NCBI GenBank assembly: GCA_026770705.1
Contig: JANJGN010000052.1
Coordinates: 2,356,001-2,420,000 of the forward strand
DNA: 64,000 nt
Direction of reading: 5' to 3'
From: Isurus oxyrinchus
Taxonomy: Eukaryota
The notes under the pieces are model-generated. The model ran no database searches. It had not been told where the DNA came from and saw nothing but the letters and a program-made list of their open reading frames with translations. Made by a program: the position numbers and the translations under genes. Shown here piece after piece: positions 13,636 through 27,221 of this stretch (the first letter of the stretch is position 1; each line of letters begins with the position of its first letter).

Positions 13636-14689
13636 ATCGCAGTTTGTTGTCGTTGGGATATTGTCTTTGTGTGTGTGTTTGTGTGTGTGAGTGAGTGTGT
13701 GAGTGAATGTGTGTGTGTGTGTGTGAATGTGAGTGTGTTTGTGTCTGTCTGNNNNNNNNNNNNNNNNNNNNNNNNNNNNNNNNNNNNNNNNNNNNNNNNN
13801 NNNNNNNNNNNNNNNNNNNNNNNNNNNNNNNNNNNNNNNNNNNNNNNNNNNNNNNNNNNNNNNNNNNNNNNNNNNNNNNNNNNNNNNNNNNNNNNNNNNN
13901 NNNNNNNNNNNNNNNNNNNNNNNNNNNNNNNNNNNNNNNNNNNNNNNNNNNNNNNNNNNNNNNNNNNNNNNNNNNNNNNNNNNNNNNNNNNNNNNNACAG
14001 AGTGAAACCTCCTTGAGTCTGGCCGCTGTGTTTAACATTTAAGCCACACAGACAGGATGTGGTTAAAAGGTGAAACCACAAGGAGTGAGTGTGTATCCCA
14101 GTGACTGTCTCTCTGTGGGTTTCCTGTGGGTTTCTGTGAACTGCCTGTGGTTATAAAAAAAATCTTCCAACCCCATATGCACGGCATCAAATAAGGATTT
14201 GGAAGCTGCAGCTCAGAGAGTAACTAGTCCCCCGAGAATTCACAGCCCCTCAAACACAGATTAACAGCATTAATCCTGACCGTCAGCCCACTCACTCATT
14301 GCCTCTTGTCTCAGACACTAGAAAGTGGAAGTTAAGGCCGGATTTTCACTCCCGGGTCGCGGGACACAGAGACGGCAGGAAAAAATAACAAAATATGTCT
14401 CGAGCACACAGAGCTCCAAGGGAAGGGTCGTGCTGCAGCTAAGGTGTGAGACATGGTACACTCCCCGGATGCAGCATTGAGGCTTGTATGTCTACACAGC
14501 TGATGTAGGTGCACATGGAACACATGTGAATGAGCACTGTGATGCACACACACCCTGGAGAGTAATATCCCTCCATGCACTACATATCAGGCTAACATCA
14601 ACTCATGTTGTCATTGCTGACCAACAGGGTTGAAGCAGGTCACAGAGACGGCTGCGTCTGGGGTTGGGCCAGCCTCCCTGAGACTCACC

Positions 14690-15220
14690 GTCCTAACATT
14701 TGATTGGATCACGTCCGATCTGTATCTTAACCCCATCCACCCGCCTCGGTTCCGTGATCCTTAACCCCCGACCCAACAACAATCTCCCAATCTCAGTTTT
14801 GAAATTTACAATTGACCCCTCCCAGTCTCGACAGCTTTTTCTGGGGGAGAGAGTTCCAGATTTCCACCCCCCCTTTGTGTGAAGAAGTGCTTCCTGACAT
14901 CACCCCCTGAACGGCCTGGCTCCAATGTTAATGTTCTGCTCCCTTGTTCTGAACCCTCCTCACCTCAACCCCATCAGAGGAAATAGTTTCTCTCTATTGC
15001 CCGTAACAAAGCCTTTAATCATCTTAAACCCCTCGATTAGATCACCCCTTAATCTTCGAGACTTGAGGGAACACAAGCCTGGTCTGTGCAACCTGTCCTC
15101 GGGATTTAACCCTTTCAGCCCCGGGATCGTTCTGGTGACTCTGCACAGCACCCCCTCCAAGGACAATATATCCTTCCTAAGCTGCTGGACCCAGAACTGA
15201 ACCCAGTGACACCAGATTGG
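14690..15220 (-). mobile_element. CR1 LINE 3' end
   Basis: LEGVLCRVTRTIPGLKGLNPEDRLHRPGLCSLKSRRLRGDLIEGFKMIKG. Confidence 0.85.
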
Positions 15221-15649
15221 TTGTGAGGGGATCTTAATAAAACTGTGCCAGACACTTCAAAAATCTCTTCAATTCAACCTTGTAAACGCAGTAGGAAAAA
15301 TCCCACGGGGCCATTGTATCTTAGCAACATCGTAAACTTGGCCAAAAGAATCCCCCGGTCACTCCTGAGTGTTACTCATATTGTAAACACAAAGTATACA
15401 GCTCCTCCAGTCTCTGAGAAGCAAAACTAGGACTCTAGAGCACCACCACTGGCAGGAGGCTGTAATTACAGTGTGACATGTTTACATGGGAATGTTCCAT
15501 TACCAATGACACAGGAATTTAAATAATCAGAAGGACATGTGACAACAGGAAGTGGTGCCTTGGAGAATGGAATTATTCACTAGAGTACGTATTTAATTTG
15601 ATAAAAATGTACAGAAATGTCAGGGCATTTTAATTGCTTCTTTTTTGTA

Positions 15650-17712
15650 TTCATTCACTGACACTGGCTAGGCCAGAATTTATTGCCCATCCCTAATTGT
15701 CCTTGAGAATATGGGGGTGAGCTGTCTTCTTGAGCTGCTGCAGTCCCTGTGGTGTAGGTACACCCACAGAACTGTTTGGGAGGGTGTTGCAGGATTCTGA
15801 CCCAGCGACAGTGAAGGAACGGTGATATATTTCCAAGTCAGGATGGTGAGTGACTTGGAGGGGAACTTCCAGGTGGTGGTGTTCCCATGTGTCTGCTGCC
15901 TTTGTCCTTCTAGATGGTAGTGATCATGTGTTTGGAAGGTGCTGTCTAAGGAGGCTTGGTGACTCCCTGCATTGCATCTTGTAGATGGTACACACACTGC
16001 TGCCACTGTGCGTCAGTTGTAGAGGGAGAGAATGTTTGTGGACGGGGCGCAAATCAAGCGGGGCTGCTTTGTCCTGGACGGTGTCGAGCTTCTTGAGTGT
16101 TGTTGGAGCTGCACTCATCTAGGAAAGTGGAGAGTATTCCATCACTTCTGACCTGTGCCTTGAGGTTGGTGGACAGGCTTTGGGGAGTCAGGAGGTGAGT
16201 TACTCACCATAGGATTCCCAGGCTCTGGCCTGCTCTTATAGTCACAGTGTTTATATGGCTAGTACAGTTCAGTTTCTAGTCATTGGTAACCCCCAGAGTG
16301 TTGATAGTGTGGGATTCAGCAATGGTGATGCTATTGGACATTAAGGGGAGATGGATATATTCTCTCTGGTTGGAAATGGTCATTGCCTGGCACTTGTGTG
16401 GCATGAATGTTACTTGCCACTTGTCAGGCCAAGCCTGGATATTGTCCAGGTCTTGCTGCATTTGGACATGGACTGCTTCAGCATCTGATGAGTCATGAAT
16501 GATGTTGAACGTTGTGCAATCATCAGCGACCATCCATAATTCTGACCATCTGATAGAATGAATGTCATTGATGAAGCAGCTGAAGATGGTTGGGCCTAGG
16601 ACACTACACTGAGCAACTCCTGCAGTGATGTCCTGGAACTGAGATGACTGACCTCCAACAACCACAACCACCTTCCTTTGTACTTGGTATGAATCCAACG
16701 AGTGGAGAGTTTTCCCTGTGACATGACATGGCAGATGATGTGTGCTTGGTGCTCCAAATCCACAAGGGAAAATTGGTCATGCTATCACAATAGTTTTGCA
16801 ATTTGTATTTATTACAAGAAGCGTGCACTGAATTCAGGAGTAATGAGTTGACCACAACCTTTAGAGATTTTAAAAATTCAATTAAGATATTTATTAACAA
16901 AATAAAAGATTTCAAGCACAGACATAATACCACGGTTAGTTACAGCTAAAATATATTCTCAAATTCCTAATTAACTTGACTCCCAGTTACAGAGCCTGTT
17001 TAAGGCAACAGTCCAAAATAAGATTTTAGATTAAAAACAAACCCAGCGAGTTAACACAGCACACACTTGACACTGGAATTCTAAATGGATTTTTCCAACT
17101 TTATTTACTGAACATAACAGACTTATGCACAAATGCCTGGAGGCTTCTTCAAGCCTGTTTCACACACTCCTGTTAGATCTTACATGGCCCCCAACATAGC
17201 CTTTCATTCTCCTTTATACATGTTTCTCTCTCTTTGATGTGTAAATTCTTTGGAACTGTATCTTTGCCATAATATAAACTTTCATGTTGCCAATATTGTC
17301 AATGAAGTTTGGGTAAAATTAAAAAAAAAAAACTCCTTAGCTTTGCTTATTGGGCTTGTCCTATACAGACCAACATCCCTTTGAAATCTAAACAACCCCT
17401 TCACACCTTACATGTTAACACAGCCTCCATGTGTTCTCATTAGCATTTCAAGGACATTTCTACATCTAGCTTCTTCTGATAATCTCAGACTTGCAGTCTA
17501 CCTGACTCCAGATGTAATTAAACTACACAGACAGACCCATCTACACTCACACCCATAAACCTTGTTTACAACAAACCAGGAGAATATTAAGCAAATTATT
17601 ATACTTTCGTACCACCCCTGATTCCCATTGACTCCAGTTTTACTCGGGATCCTAGATGCCACACTCGGTCAAATGCAGCCTTGATGTGAAGGGCAGTCAC
17701 TCTCACCTCACC
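15650..17712 (-). mobile_element. Non-LTR LINE reverse-transcriptase remnant (CR1/L2 group), split by an insertion
   Basis: ALHIKAAFDRVWH (17615-17712), then AGVAQCSVLGPTIFSCFIND..ADD..QQDLDNIQAW..KWQVTF (16276-16698). Confidence 0.85.
16719..17614. mobile_element. Solo-LTR-like insertion nested in the LINE
   Basis: TG...CA termini flanked by tccctg/cccctg; LINE sequence is contiguous across it. Confidence 0.6.
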
Positions 17713-17907
17713 TTGTATTAACAGATGTAAAATTATACATAATTCATAAGCTTCTCGCAATCTTTTACAGCATGGAAAAAGGTGCAGCATTCAGAAAGTT
17801 CACTCAGAACAGATTAAAAAAAAAGTTCAGCAACATCATATTTCTGTTCATTACTATTTGGTCATGTTGGCTGCACACACCCCACAGCCCCGCTCCCTGT
17901 TTCACAC

Positions 17908-18156
17908 TCAGTTTTTCTGGAACCTGATCTGTGTGTATTCCGTGTCCTCGCTCCTGTGCACAGTCCTGTCACCGGTGGGCAGCTTTGAAAAGTTGATGTT
18001 GGCGTAGAGATGCTCGTCTGGTTTGTCGAGGTTCCCATGTCCAACATCGCCTCCCACTGGACCTTCAGAGAGATCCCGGGGAGCTGGGCTCTCCCCCTCA
18101 CTAGTTGTGTCTCTGGTTGTTTCCCGGGGGTCAGTAATCAGCATGTTCTGTTCATC
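17908..18156 (-). CDS. Gene B last exon, cytoplasmic tail with ITIM-like HLYANI and ITSM-like TEYTQI
   Basis: ctctgtag|GAT GAA..; DEQNMLIT..DEHLYANINFSK..EDTEYTQIRFQKN*; matches the CD33-related Siglec tail pattern. Confidence 0.88.
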   Translation of the reverse strand, partial: DEQNMLITDPRETTRDTTSEGESPAPRDLSEGPVGGDVGHGNLDKPDEHLYANINFSKLPTGDRTVHRSEDTEYTQIRFQKN

Positions 18157-21100
18157 CTACAGAGAAATGGAAACAGAAGACATCCTCATATCATTTACTG
18201 GCACTGATAGGGTTAAATTATTGTGCAGCCTCAATAGTGTCGGTCGTGTCTCAGTGGGTTTAAGCCTTTTTTTCACGCTCTTTCTCCGTCTCTCTTTCTC
18301 TCTCGCTTTCTCTCTCTCTTAATAATTTAATCTCTATTGCACTCCAAAAGTGCAGCACTCCCTCAATACTGACCCTCTGACAGTGCAGCACTCCCTCAAT
18401 ACTGACCCTCTGACAGTGCAGCACTCCCTCAATACTGACCCTTTGACAGTGCAGCACTCCCTCAGTACTGACCCTCTGACAGTGCAGCACTCCCTCAGTA
18501 CTGACACTCTGACAGTGCAGCACTCCCTCAGTACTGACCCTCTGACAGTGCAGCACTCCCTCAATACTGACCCTCTGACAGTGCAGCACTCCCTCAATAC
18601 TGACCCTCTGACAGTGCAGCACTCCCTCAGTACTGACCCTCTGACAGTGCAGCACTCCCTCAATACTGACCCTATGACAGTGCAGCACTCCCTCAATACT
18701 GACCCTCTGACAGTGCAGCACTCCCTCAATACTGACCCTCTGACAGTGCAGCACTCCCTCAGTACTGACCCTCTGACAGTGCGGCGCTCCCTCAGTACTG
18801 ACCCTCTGACAGTGCAGCATTCCCTCAGTACTGACCCTCTGACAGTCCAGCACTCCCTCAGTACTGACCCTCCGACAGTGCAGCACTCCCTCAATACTGA
18901 CCCTCTGACAGTGCAGCACTCCCTCAGTACTGACACTCTGACAGTGCAGCACTCCCTCAGTACTGACCCTCTGACAGTGCAGCACTCCCTCAATACTGAC
19001 CCTCTGATAGTGCAGCACTCCCTCAATACTGACCCTCTGACAGTGCAGCAGTCCCTCAATACTGACCCTCTGGCACTGCAGCACTCCCGGAATACTGACC
19101 CTCTGACAGTGCAACACTCCCTCACTACTGACCCTCCGACAGTGCAGCACTCCCTCAGTACTGACTCTCTGACAGTGCAGCACTCCCTCAGTACTGACCC
19201 TCCGACAGTGCAGCACTCCTTCAAAACTGACCGTCTGACAGTCCAACAATCCCTCAGTACTGACCCTCTGACAGTCCAGCACTTCCTCAGTACTGACCCG
19301 CTGACAGTGCAGCACTTCCTCAGTACTGATCATCCGACAGTGCAGCACTCCCTCACTACTGACCCTCCAACAGTGCAGTACTCCCTCAGTACTGACCCTC
19401 TGACAGTGCAGCATTCCTCAGTAATGACCATCTGACGGTGCAGCTCTCCCTCAATACTGACCCTCTGACAGTGCAGCACTCCCTCAGTACTGACCCTCTG
19501 ACAGTGCAGCACTCCCTCAACACTGATCCTCTGACAGTGCAGCACTCCCTCAATACTGACCCTCTGACAGTGCAGCACTCCCTCAGTACTGACCCTCTGA
19601 CAGTGCAGCACTCCCTCAATACTGACCCTCTGACAGTGCAGCACTCCCTCAATACTGACCCTCTGACAGTGCAGCACTCCCTCAATACTGACCCTCTGAC
19701 AGTGCAGCACTCCCTCAGTACTGACCCTCTGACAGTGCGGCACTCCCTCAGTACTGACCCTCTGACAGTGCGGCATTCCCTCAGTAGTGACCCTCTGACA
19801 GTGCAGCACTCCCTCAGTACTGACCCTCCGACAGTGCAGCACTCCCTCAATACTGACCCTCTGACAGTGCAGCACTCCCTCAGTACTGACACTCTGACAG
19901 TGCAGCACTCCCTCAGTACTGACCCTCTGACAGTGCAGCACTCCCTCAATACTGACCCTCTGATAGTGCAGCACTCCCTCAATACTGACCCTCTGACAGT
20001 GCAGCAGTCCCTCAGTACTGACCCTCTGGCAGTGCAGCACTCCCGGAATACTGACCCTCTGACAGTGCAGCACTCCCTCACTACTGACCATCCGACAGTG
20101 CAGCACTCCCTCAGTACTGACTCTCTGACAGCGCAGCACTCCCTCAGTACTGACCCTCTGACAGTGCAGCACTCCGTCAGTACTGACCGTCTGACAGTCC
20201 AACAATCCCTCAGTGCTGACCCTCCGACAGTGCAACACTCCCTCAGTACTGACGCTCTGACAGTGCAACACTCCCTCAGTACTGACCCTCCAACAGTGCA
20301 GCACTCCCTCAGTACTGATCCTCTGACAGTGCAACACACCCTCAGTACTGAACCTCCGACAGTACAGCACTCCCTCAGTACTGACACTCTGACAGTGCAG
20401 CACTCCCTCACTACTGACCCTCCGACAGTGCAACACTCCCTCAGTACTGACGCTCTGACAGTGCAACACTCCCTCAGTACTGACCCTCTGACAGTGCAGC
20501 ACTCCCTCAGTACTGATCCTCTGACAGTGCAACACACCCTCAGTACTGACCCTCCGACAGTGCAGCACTCCCTCAGTACTGACACTCTGACAGTGCAGCC
20601 CTCCCTCAGTACTGACCCTCCGACAGTGCAGCACTCCCTCAGTACTGACACTCTGACATTGCAGCACTCCCTCAGTACTGACCCTCTGACAGTGTAGCAC
20701 TCCCTCAGTACTGACCCTCTGACAGTGCAGCACTCCCTCAAAACTGACACTCTGACAGTGCAGCACTCCCTCAATACTGACCCTCTGACAGTGCAGCACT
20801 CCCTCAGTACTGACCCTCTGACAGTGCAGCACTCCCTCAATACTGACCCTCTGACAGTGCGGCACTCCCTCAATACTGACCCTCTGACAGTGCAGCACTC
20901 CCTCAGTACTGACCCTCTGACAGTGCAGCACTCCCTCAACACTGACCCTCTGACAGTGCAGCACTCCCTCAATACTGACCCTCTGACAGTGCAGTACTGC
21001 CTCAATACTGCCCCTCTGGCAGTGCAGCACTCCCGGAATACTGACCCTCTGACAGTGCAGCACTCCCTCACTACTGACCATCCGACAGTGCAGCACTCCC

Positions 21101-24100
21101 TCAGTACTGACTCTCTGACAGCGCAGCACTCCCTCAGTACTGACCCTCTGACAGTGCAGCACTCCGTCAGTACTGACCGTCTGACAGTCCAACAATCCCT
21201 CAGTGCTGACCCTCCGACAGTGCAACACTCCCTCAGTACTGACGCTCTGACAGTGCAACACTCCCTCAGTACTGACCCTCCAACAGTGCAGCACTCCCTC
21301 AGTACTGATCCTCTGACAGTGCAACACACCCTCAGTACTGAACCTCCGACAGTACAGCACTCCCTCAGTACTGACACTCTGACAGTGCAGCACTCCCTCA
21401 CTACTGACCCTCCGACAGTGCAACACTCCCTCAGTACTGACGCTCTGACAGTGCAACACTCCCTCAGTACTGACCCTCTGACAGTGCAGCACTCCCTCAG
21501 TACTGATCCTCTGACAGTGCAACACACCCTCAGTACTGACCCTCCGACAGTGCAGCACTCCCTCAGTACTGACACTCTGACAGTGCAGCCCTCCCTCAGT
21601 ACTGACCCTCCGACAGTTTAGCACTCCCTCATTACTGACACTCTGACATTGCAGCACTCCCTCAGTACTGACCCTCTGACAGTGTAGCACTCCCTCAGTA
21701 CTGACCCTCTGACAGTGCAGCACTCCCTCAAAACTGACACTCTGACAGTGCAGCACTCCCTCAATACTGACCCTCTGACAGTGCAGCACTCCCTCAGTAC
21801 TGACCCTCTGACAGTGCAGCACTCCCTCAATACTGACCCTCTGACAGTGCGGCACTCCCTCAATACTGACCCTCTGACAGTGCAGCACTCCCTCAGTACT
21901 GACCCTCTGACAGTGCAGCACTCCCGGAACACTGACCCTCTGACAGTGCAGCACTCCCTCAATACTGACCCTCTGACAGTGCAGTACTGCCTCAATACTG
22001 ACCCTCTGACTGTGCAGCACTCCCTCAGTACTGACCCTCTGACAGTGCAGCACTCCCTCAGTACTGACCCTCTGACAGTGCAGCACTCCCTCAGTACTGA
22101 CCCTCCGACAGTGCAGCACTCCCTCAATACTGACCCTCTGACAGTGCAGCACTCCCTCAGTACTGACACTCTGACAGTGCAGCACTCCCTCAGTACTGAC
22201 CCTCTGACAGTGCAGCACTCCCTCAATACTGACCCTCTGACAGTGCAGCACTCCCTCAATACTCACCCTCTGACAGTGCAGTACTCCCTCAATACTGACC
22301 CTCTGACACTGCAGCACTCCCTCAGTACTGACCCTCTGACAGTGCAGCATTCCCTCAGTACTGACCCTCTGACAGTGCAGCACTTCCTCAGTACTGACCC
22401 TCTGACAGTGCAGCACTCCCTCAATACTGACCCTCTGACAGTGCAGCACTCCCTCAATACTGACCCTCTGACAGTGCAGCACTCCCTCAGTACTGACCCT
22501 CTGACAGTGCAGCACTCCCTCAATACTGACCCTCTGATAGTGCAGCACTCCCTCAATACTGACCCTCTGACAGTGCAGCAGTCCCTCAGTACTGACCCTC
22601 TGGCAGTGCAGCACTCCCGGAATACTGACCCTCTGACAGTGCAGCACTCCCTCACTACTGACCCTCCGACAGTGCAGCACTTCCTCAGTACTGACTCTCT
22701 GACAGTGCAGCACTCCCTCAATACTGACCCTCTGATAGTGCAGCACTCCCTCAATACTGACCCTCTGACAGTGCAGCAGTCCCTCAGTACTGACCCTCTG
22801 GCAGTGCAGCACTCCCGGAATACTGACCCTCTGACAGTGCAGCTCTCCCTCAGTAATGACACTCTGACAGTGCACAACTCCCTCAGTACTGACCCTCCGA
22901 CAGTGCAGTACTCCCTCAGTACTGACCCTCTGACAGTGCAGCACTCCCTCAGTAATGACCATCTGACAGTCCAGCACTCCCTCAGTACTGACCCTCTGAC
23001 AGTGCAGCACTCCCTCAGTGCTGACCCTCCGACAGTGCAACACTCCCTCAGTACTGGCGCTCTGACAGTGCAACACTCCCTCAGTACTGATCCTCCGACA
23101 GTGCAGCACTCCCTCAGTACTGATCCTCTGACAGTGCAACACACCCTCAGTACTGACCCTCCGACAGTGCAGCACTCCCTCAGTACTGACACTCTGACAG
23201 TGCAGCACTCCCTCAGTACTGACCGTCCGACAGTGCAGCACTCCCTCAGTACTGACACTCTGACATTGCAGCACTCCCTCAGTACTGACCCTCTGACAGT
23301 GTAGCACTCCCTCACTACTGACATCAGGTGCCTTGTCATTATTGGGTTCAGGTTTCTGGTCAAAGAGCGAGTGATGGAGGGAGACAGAGGCTGGGAGTGA
23401 GAGACAGTGCTGACCACTGAGCCATTGCTGACTTCACAGGGAGATATCTGTGTGTAACCCGGCTGAGTATCTGGTTTACGTGTTGTCTACACACTGAGGT
23501 TGAAGCTTTGGAGTGAGTGTAAACAGCTCCTGTACCTGGTGCTTCACAGAGAGTGACCTGGGGGTCAATGCAATGTCACTGGTCCCTGAAACTCTCTCCT
23601 CCATCGCTGTCTTTCTCCTGCAATAACACAATATCACACTGTGGTTATCATATAGCAGAGAGTCAGTGCAGCACAGACACAGAGCCCAGTGTAACCTTAC
23701 ACCAACGACTGGACTGTCTCTTGTTCCAATAAGGGGTATCAGCGTGACATCACTATAATGGAAGTGTGACATGTGATCCAATCTTAGTTTCACTTTTGCT
23801 TTGAGCAGAACACACACACACAGCTCTGATGCCTTCAATCTATTTCCGTATGTATAACTGTTCTCGTGCCGAGTCTTGATAACGAAACCGACAACATTCT
23901 CGCCCAATCCCTGTGAGCGATTGGTGCTTTATGTCTTATACAGTAAATAAGCCCAAGGTATAATATCATTATAATGACACGCCATATCTTTGACCCCCCC
24001 TCCACCCCTGCTCTTCCCCCCATAGCTCTTCAAATGTTCCCCCTTCAAGTATTTATCCAATTCCCCTTTTGAAAGATCCTATTGAATCTGCTTCGAGCGC

Positions 24101-27100
24101 CCTTTCAGGCAGCACCTTCCAGATCACAGCAACTGATTATTATTCATCTGGATAACGGGCAATGAAAAACACTCTCTGGATCGTAAGGGACAAAGAGACC
24201 AGTTACGGAGAGGCATCTGGCGCTTAACACAAGGGAAACAATCACCGACTTCAGGAAAGAACATTGAAGCAAATGTTTATCCAGGAGTAATCGTGCAGAG
24301 TGAGGAATCTCTGGGTCTCGTGATTGTTTACTGGATACAGGACAATGAAAGGTTCTCTCCGGATCAGAGTGGACACAGGGATCACTTACAGAGAGGGACC
24401 TGGTGCTGATCCCAAGGGAAACAATCACCGACTTAAGGAAAGAACATTGAAGCAAATGTTTATATTAAAATCAAGTTAAATCTTCAGACTTACTTTCTCA
24501 CACAGATGAAGATGAAGATTCCAGCCAGGAAAACACTCAACATGATCCCAGCCGTGAACAATCCTACTGTCCATTTACTGGAGTCTCTACCTGTAAAAAC
24601 AGCCATTAATTACTGCACTACAGGTTTACAATGATGCTCCGATGTATCTCGAGAAGCGATACACTCACTCAGTGTTTAAATACTCATTCTCGGGCAATGC
24701 TGACATTTATTGTCCATCCCTAGTTTCCCTTGAGAAGGTGGTGGGGGGTCTTCCTCCTGAACCACTGGTTTGTCCCAAACTGGGAGACCAGTTCAGAGGG
24801 CAGGTAAGAGTTAACCATGTTGGTGTCTGAGACTGGAGTCACATCCACATCGAGACATGCTTCCCTCCCTAAAGGGTATGTAGTCTCTACACATGTAACA
24901 ACCAACCTCACTGAAATAATCGACTATCAGGTCATTATCACACGGTGGTTTGCGGGATCTTGCTGTGCACAAATCAGTACCTGTGTTTCCTACATTACAA
25001 AAGTGTGCTCACTTCGATAATGCTTCATTGGCTGTTGAATGTTTAGTAATTTCTAAGCAATTTATGAATACAGGTATTGCATTTCAAAGTAATCCATGTA
25101 ACATTTATATATATTAATCAATTAAAGAATGAGAAGTTCAGCAATTAAAAGGGTTGTTCAGGACAGTTAGAGAGAGAAAGGTCGTCAAGTACGGAGATTG
25201 GAAACGAAGACCTGACAGCCTTGTCCTCACAACCATTGAAGGAGAAACTGAGAGCAAAAACAGAAAGGGAGAGGAAAAATTGGATGTGTGAATAACGTGG
25301 ACTGAGCGAGGATTGAAGAAAACTGGATTAAAAACAACACGATCCCAATGGCTCCACGGAGACCACGGAGACAACAAACAAACAAATGTATCTCCACACT
25401 CACATTCCACAGTGATGGTTATGAATCCCTCCATTGCTCCATGTTCATTCTCTGCCACACACTGATAGTCTCCAGTGTCCCTGGATGTAACGTGAGGAAT
25501 CACCAACCACAGCTCATTGTTGGAACTTGTTCTGTTCATTGGGACATTAAGATGTCGCCACGTCAGGTTAGAAGCTGGGAAGCTCTCGACAGAGCAGATT
25601 ATCACTGCAGGATTCCCCTCAATTATATTGATCGATGAAGCGTTAATCATATCAAGAGAAGTAAATGAGAGATTCTGTGGAGCATCTAAGAACAAATCAA
25701 GTGTTTAATGTGAGCAAGCACAGTTTACAGCTAGACTCCTGCATCATCTCTCTGTATCTGATGTCTGTATGCATAGCCAGGTCCCTCCACTCCATATAAC
25801 TTCCACTGTCAAATTTATAATGGGCACTGCCTATGTAAACAGTCAAACTGCAGTTACATTCTCCCACCAGTAGAGGTGCTGTCCACCTAGAATGAAAGGA
25901 ATTTGCTTTCACATCCTCAGGATGTCCCCAAGGGCTTGACAGGCAATGATTGTATTTGATCGATGGAGCACTGAGGGGTAAATATACAATTCTCTGTTCA
26001 GGAGGTTGCTCATCCAATTCAGGGACTTGTTGATCTGTAGTTTACCTTCGTTCCATCCAGAATTGGAGCTGATACCGAGACTCCAGTGCAGTGAGTGCTT
26101 GTGTGTGCGTGTGGGTGTGCATTTGTGTATATGTGTTCAAATCTCAGAGAGATGCTGAATTCTGTGTACACTCACATTCCACAGTGATGGTTATGAACCC
26201 CTCCACTGCTCCATGTTCATTCTCTGCCACACACTGATAGTCTCCAGTGTCCCTGGATGTAACGTGAGGAATCACCAACCACAGCTCATTGTTGGAACTT
26301 GTTCTGTTCATTGGGACATTAAGATGTTGCCACGTCAGGTTAGAAGCTGGGAAGCTCTCGACAGAGCAGATTATCACTGCAGAATTCCCCTCAATTATAT
26401 TGATCGATGAAACGTTAATCATATCCAGAGAAGTAATTAAGAGATTCCGTGGTGTGTCTAAAAATAAATAAAGATTTTAATGTGAGCAAGCATAGTGCAC
26501 AGCAAGACTCCATGCATCATCTCTCTGTCTCTGATGTTGGAATGCCTTTCCAGGTACCTTCCCTCATGAAAAATTACATTTATAATGGGCATTTCCTATG
26601 TAAACTGTCACACTGCAGTTGCATTCTCCCACCAGTAGAGTTGCTGTCCATCTAGAATGAAAGAAACATCGTTTAATACTCTCAAGATGCCCCCAAGGGA
26701 TTGAAAGCCATTGAATTGTATTTGATTGATGGAGCACTGAGGGGTAAATCTACCATTCTCTGTTCAGGAGGTTGCTCATCCAATTCAGGGTCTTGTTGAT
26801 CTGGAGTTTACCTTCCTTCAACACAGAATCGAAGCTGATACCGAGACTCCAGTGCGGCCCTGAGAGAGAAGAGGGGCCTCACACGTGTTTATGTGTACGT
26901 GTTTGTGTTTGTACATATGTGAGTATGTTTGTGTGAGTAAATGCATGCATGTGTCTGTGTGTGCATGTATGTGTTTGCGCATATGTGAGTGTGTCTTTGT
27001 GTATATTTCTGTGCATGAGTGAATGTGTGTACATGTGTATGTGTATGTGTGTGCATGTGTGAGTGTGTGTGTGTGAGTTGAGTGTGTGTATGTTTCTGTG

Positions 27101-27169
27101 TATATTTTTGCACGCGTATGTTTGTGTGTGTAAATGTGCATGTATGTGTCTACACGAGTGCATGTTGTG

Positions 27170-27221
<52 letters not shown>

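Noticed and set aside
5718-14081. His/Thr/Ser/Leu- or Cys/Val-rich ORFs and ORFs spanning N runs
   Set aside because: Microsatellite and assembly-gap artefacts.
18348-23322. CRISPR-like regular repeats
   Set aside because: Units are head-to-tail with no unique spacers and no cas genes; the context is eukaryotic.
18260-23417. Very long ORFs (up to 1325 aa) of VLHCQRVSTEG, TVQHSLSTDPL and VLRECCTVRGS repeats
   Set aside because: Translations of a 33-bp satellite open on both strands and in several frames; intronic, with no codon-position bias evident.
24494-24590. Paired activating/inhibitory receptor arrangement
   Set aside because: Both TM exons are the same and have no charged residue inside the hydrophobic span; both genes keep tyrosine-motif tails.
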